From: an archaeon | GTDB taxonomy: Archaea > Iainarchaeota > Iainarchaeia > Iainarchaeales > CSSED10-239 | Reading direction: 5' to 3' | Length of the DNA stretch: 32,000 bases | Assembly: GCA_035400625.1 (NCBI GenBank) | Contig: DAOMZT010000003.1 | Span: 60,001 to 92,000, forward strand | In this document: positions 31,184 through 32,000 of the stretch, piece after piece | How positions within the stretch are numbered: the first letter of the stretch is position 1 | Layout: the number at the start of each line of letters is the position of its first letter | The notes under the pieces: model-generated | Told to the model about the DNA's origin: nothing | What the model saw: only the letters and a program-made list of their open reading frames with translations | Databases searched by the model: none | Translations under genes and position numbers: made by a program

Positions 31184-31875
31184 AATAACTCCTTTTCTCT
31201 AAAGCTGAATATTTCTTTTTCTGAAATTATGACATGATCAATAAGTCGTATATCCATTAATTTTGCTGATTTCTTTAATGCTTCTGTTGCCATCTTATCA
31301 TCAATTGATGGCTCACATATGCCACTAGGGTGGTTATGAGCAATAATGATCCCATCTGCTCCGTGCCTCATTGCCTCTAAGACAATATCTTTTGAAGAGA
31401 TTAATGTTTGGTTGCTTGTTCCAGTTGTTATTGTTTTATAGTCTATGACATCGTTTCTTTGAGATAAGAAGATAGCTACAAGTTTTTCCTGTGTTATTCC
31501 AAAAAAAACATCAAACAAAAGATTATAGACATCTGTGGCAGAAATAATCTTTGTTTTCTCTTTTGGGCTGTTAAGTGTTTTCTTCTCAGAACTTAATATT
31601 CTTTTAGATATTTCAAAAACTGCTTTAATCTGGCAAGCTTTGACTTTTCCAATTCCCTTGATTTTCTCAAGTTCAGTTATTGGTATGTTTCCAATATCCT
31701 TAAGTGAGAATTTAGAAAATATTTCCTGACAGATGTCAATAACATTATTTTCTTTAGTCCCGGTCTTAATAACAAGAGCCAGAAGCTCGGCTTGTGAAAG
31801 GCTTTCTGCTCCGCAATAGAGAAGTCTTTCAAGTGGCCTATTTTCGCAAGCCATTTCTTTTATTTTCATAGTCAT
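31180..31875 (-). CDS. radC: RadC-like JAB/MPN-domain protein
   Basis: N-terminal helix-hairpin-helix-like region (ELLALVIKTGTKENNVIDICQEI ... IKGIGKVKACQIKAVFE) and the JAMM motif AHNHPSGICEPSIDD. Confidence 0.8.
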   Translation of the reverse strand: MTMKIKEMACENRPLERLLYCGAESLSQAELLALVIKTGTKENNVIDICQEIFSKFSLKDIGNIPITELEKIKGIGKVKACQIKAVFEISKRILSSEKKTLNSPKEKTKIISATDVYNLLFDVFFGITQEKLVAIFLSQRNDVIDYKTITTGTSNQTLISSKDIVLEAMRHGADGIIIAHNHPSGICEPSIDDKMATEALKKSAKLMDIRLIDHVIISEKEIFSFREKELL

Positions 31876-32000
31876 TCACTTTTTATTTTTTTTATTTCTA
31901 TAATTATTTGTCTTTGTTTATGAAGCGGTCGAATTTCCCCGCTTTTAAATTGTGATTTATGATCATCAATAATATATTGTTTCACAAAAGGGGGGTATTT
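31872..32000 (-). CDS. hypothetical protein, C-terminal 42 codons (5' end off window), translationally coupled to radC
   Basis: Hand translation gives ...KYPPFVKQYIIDDHKSQFKSGEIRPLHKQRQIIIEIKKIKSE*. The stop overlaps the radC ATG (ATGA). Confidence 0.4.
   Translation of the reverse strand, partial: KYPPFVKQYIIDDHKSQFKSGEIRPLHKQRQIIIEIKKIKSE

Noticed and set aside
1-32000. rRNA, SRP RNA, RNase P RNA or other large structured RNA genes
   Set aside because: The only clearly GC-enriched non-coding stretches are the three tRNAs. All other intergenic regions are short and very AT-rich. Small RNAs cannot be excluded without covariance-model searches.

Overview
AT-rich archaeal chromosomal segment. 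The gene content is clearly archaeal: Kae1, Pth2, Hjc, archaeal DnaG primase, RNase P Rpp21, eS19/eL39/eL31, aIF6, prefoldin alpha, FtsY, SRP54, an A24 prepilin peptidase, tRNA-guanine transglycosylase, and three tRNAs without encoded CCA. Small tightly packed genes, GGAGGTGA-type ribosome-binding sites and lysine-rich protein tails suggest a small-genome (DPANN-like) lineage; that is inference only. Housekeeping blocks (1-15145 and 26646-30220) are interrupted by accessory material. (i) A ~1.47-kb AbiEi/AbiEii type IV toxin-antitoxin cassette sits between two 60-bp direct repeats that are the 3' end of ftsY; all three differences are synonymous and there is no integrase. (ii) A branched-chain-amino-acid-type ABC importer (livGF ... 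livHM) is built around three divergent binding-protein genes, each paired head-to-head with its own TrmB-like regulator. (iii) There is a 95-bp tandem duplication of the regulator/livG junction and a decayed duplicate of the tgt start. (iv) A right-edge island holds a RelE-like fragment and a translationally coupled unknown-radC-antitoxin-PIN operon. Other oddities are a ~210-aa low-complexity linker in DnaG, long K/E-rich tails on three ribosomal proteins, PEVK-like repeats in FtsY, a tRNA-Leu whose hand-folded anticodon is AAG, and two tRNAs with C at T-loop position 55. I saw no CRISPR array, rRNA, transposase or integrase gene. All calls come from reading the sequence and translations by eye; no searches were run.
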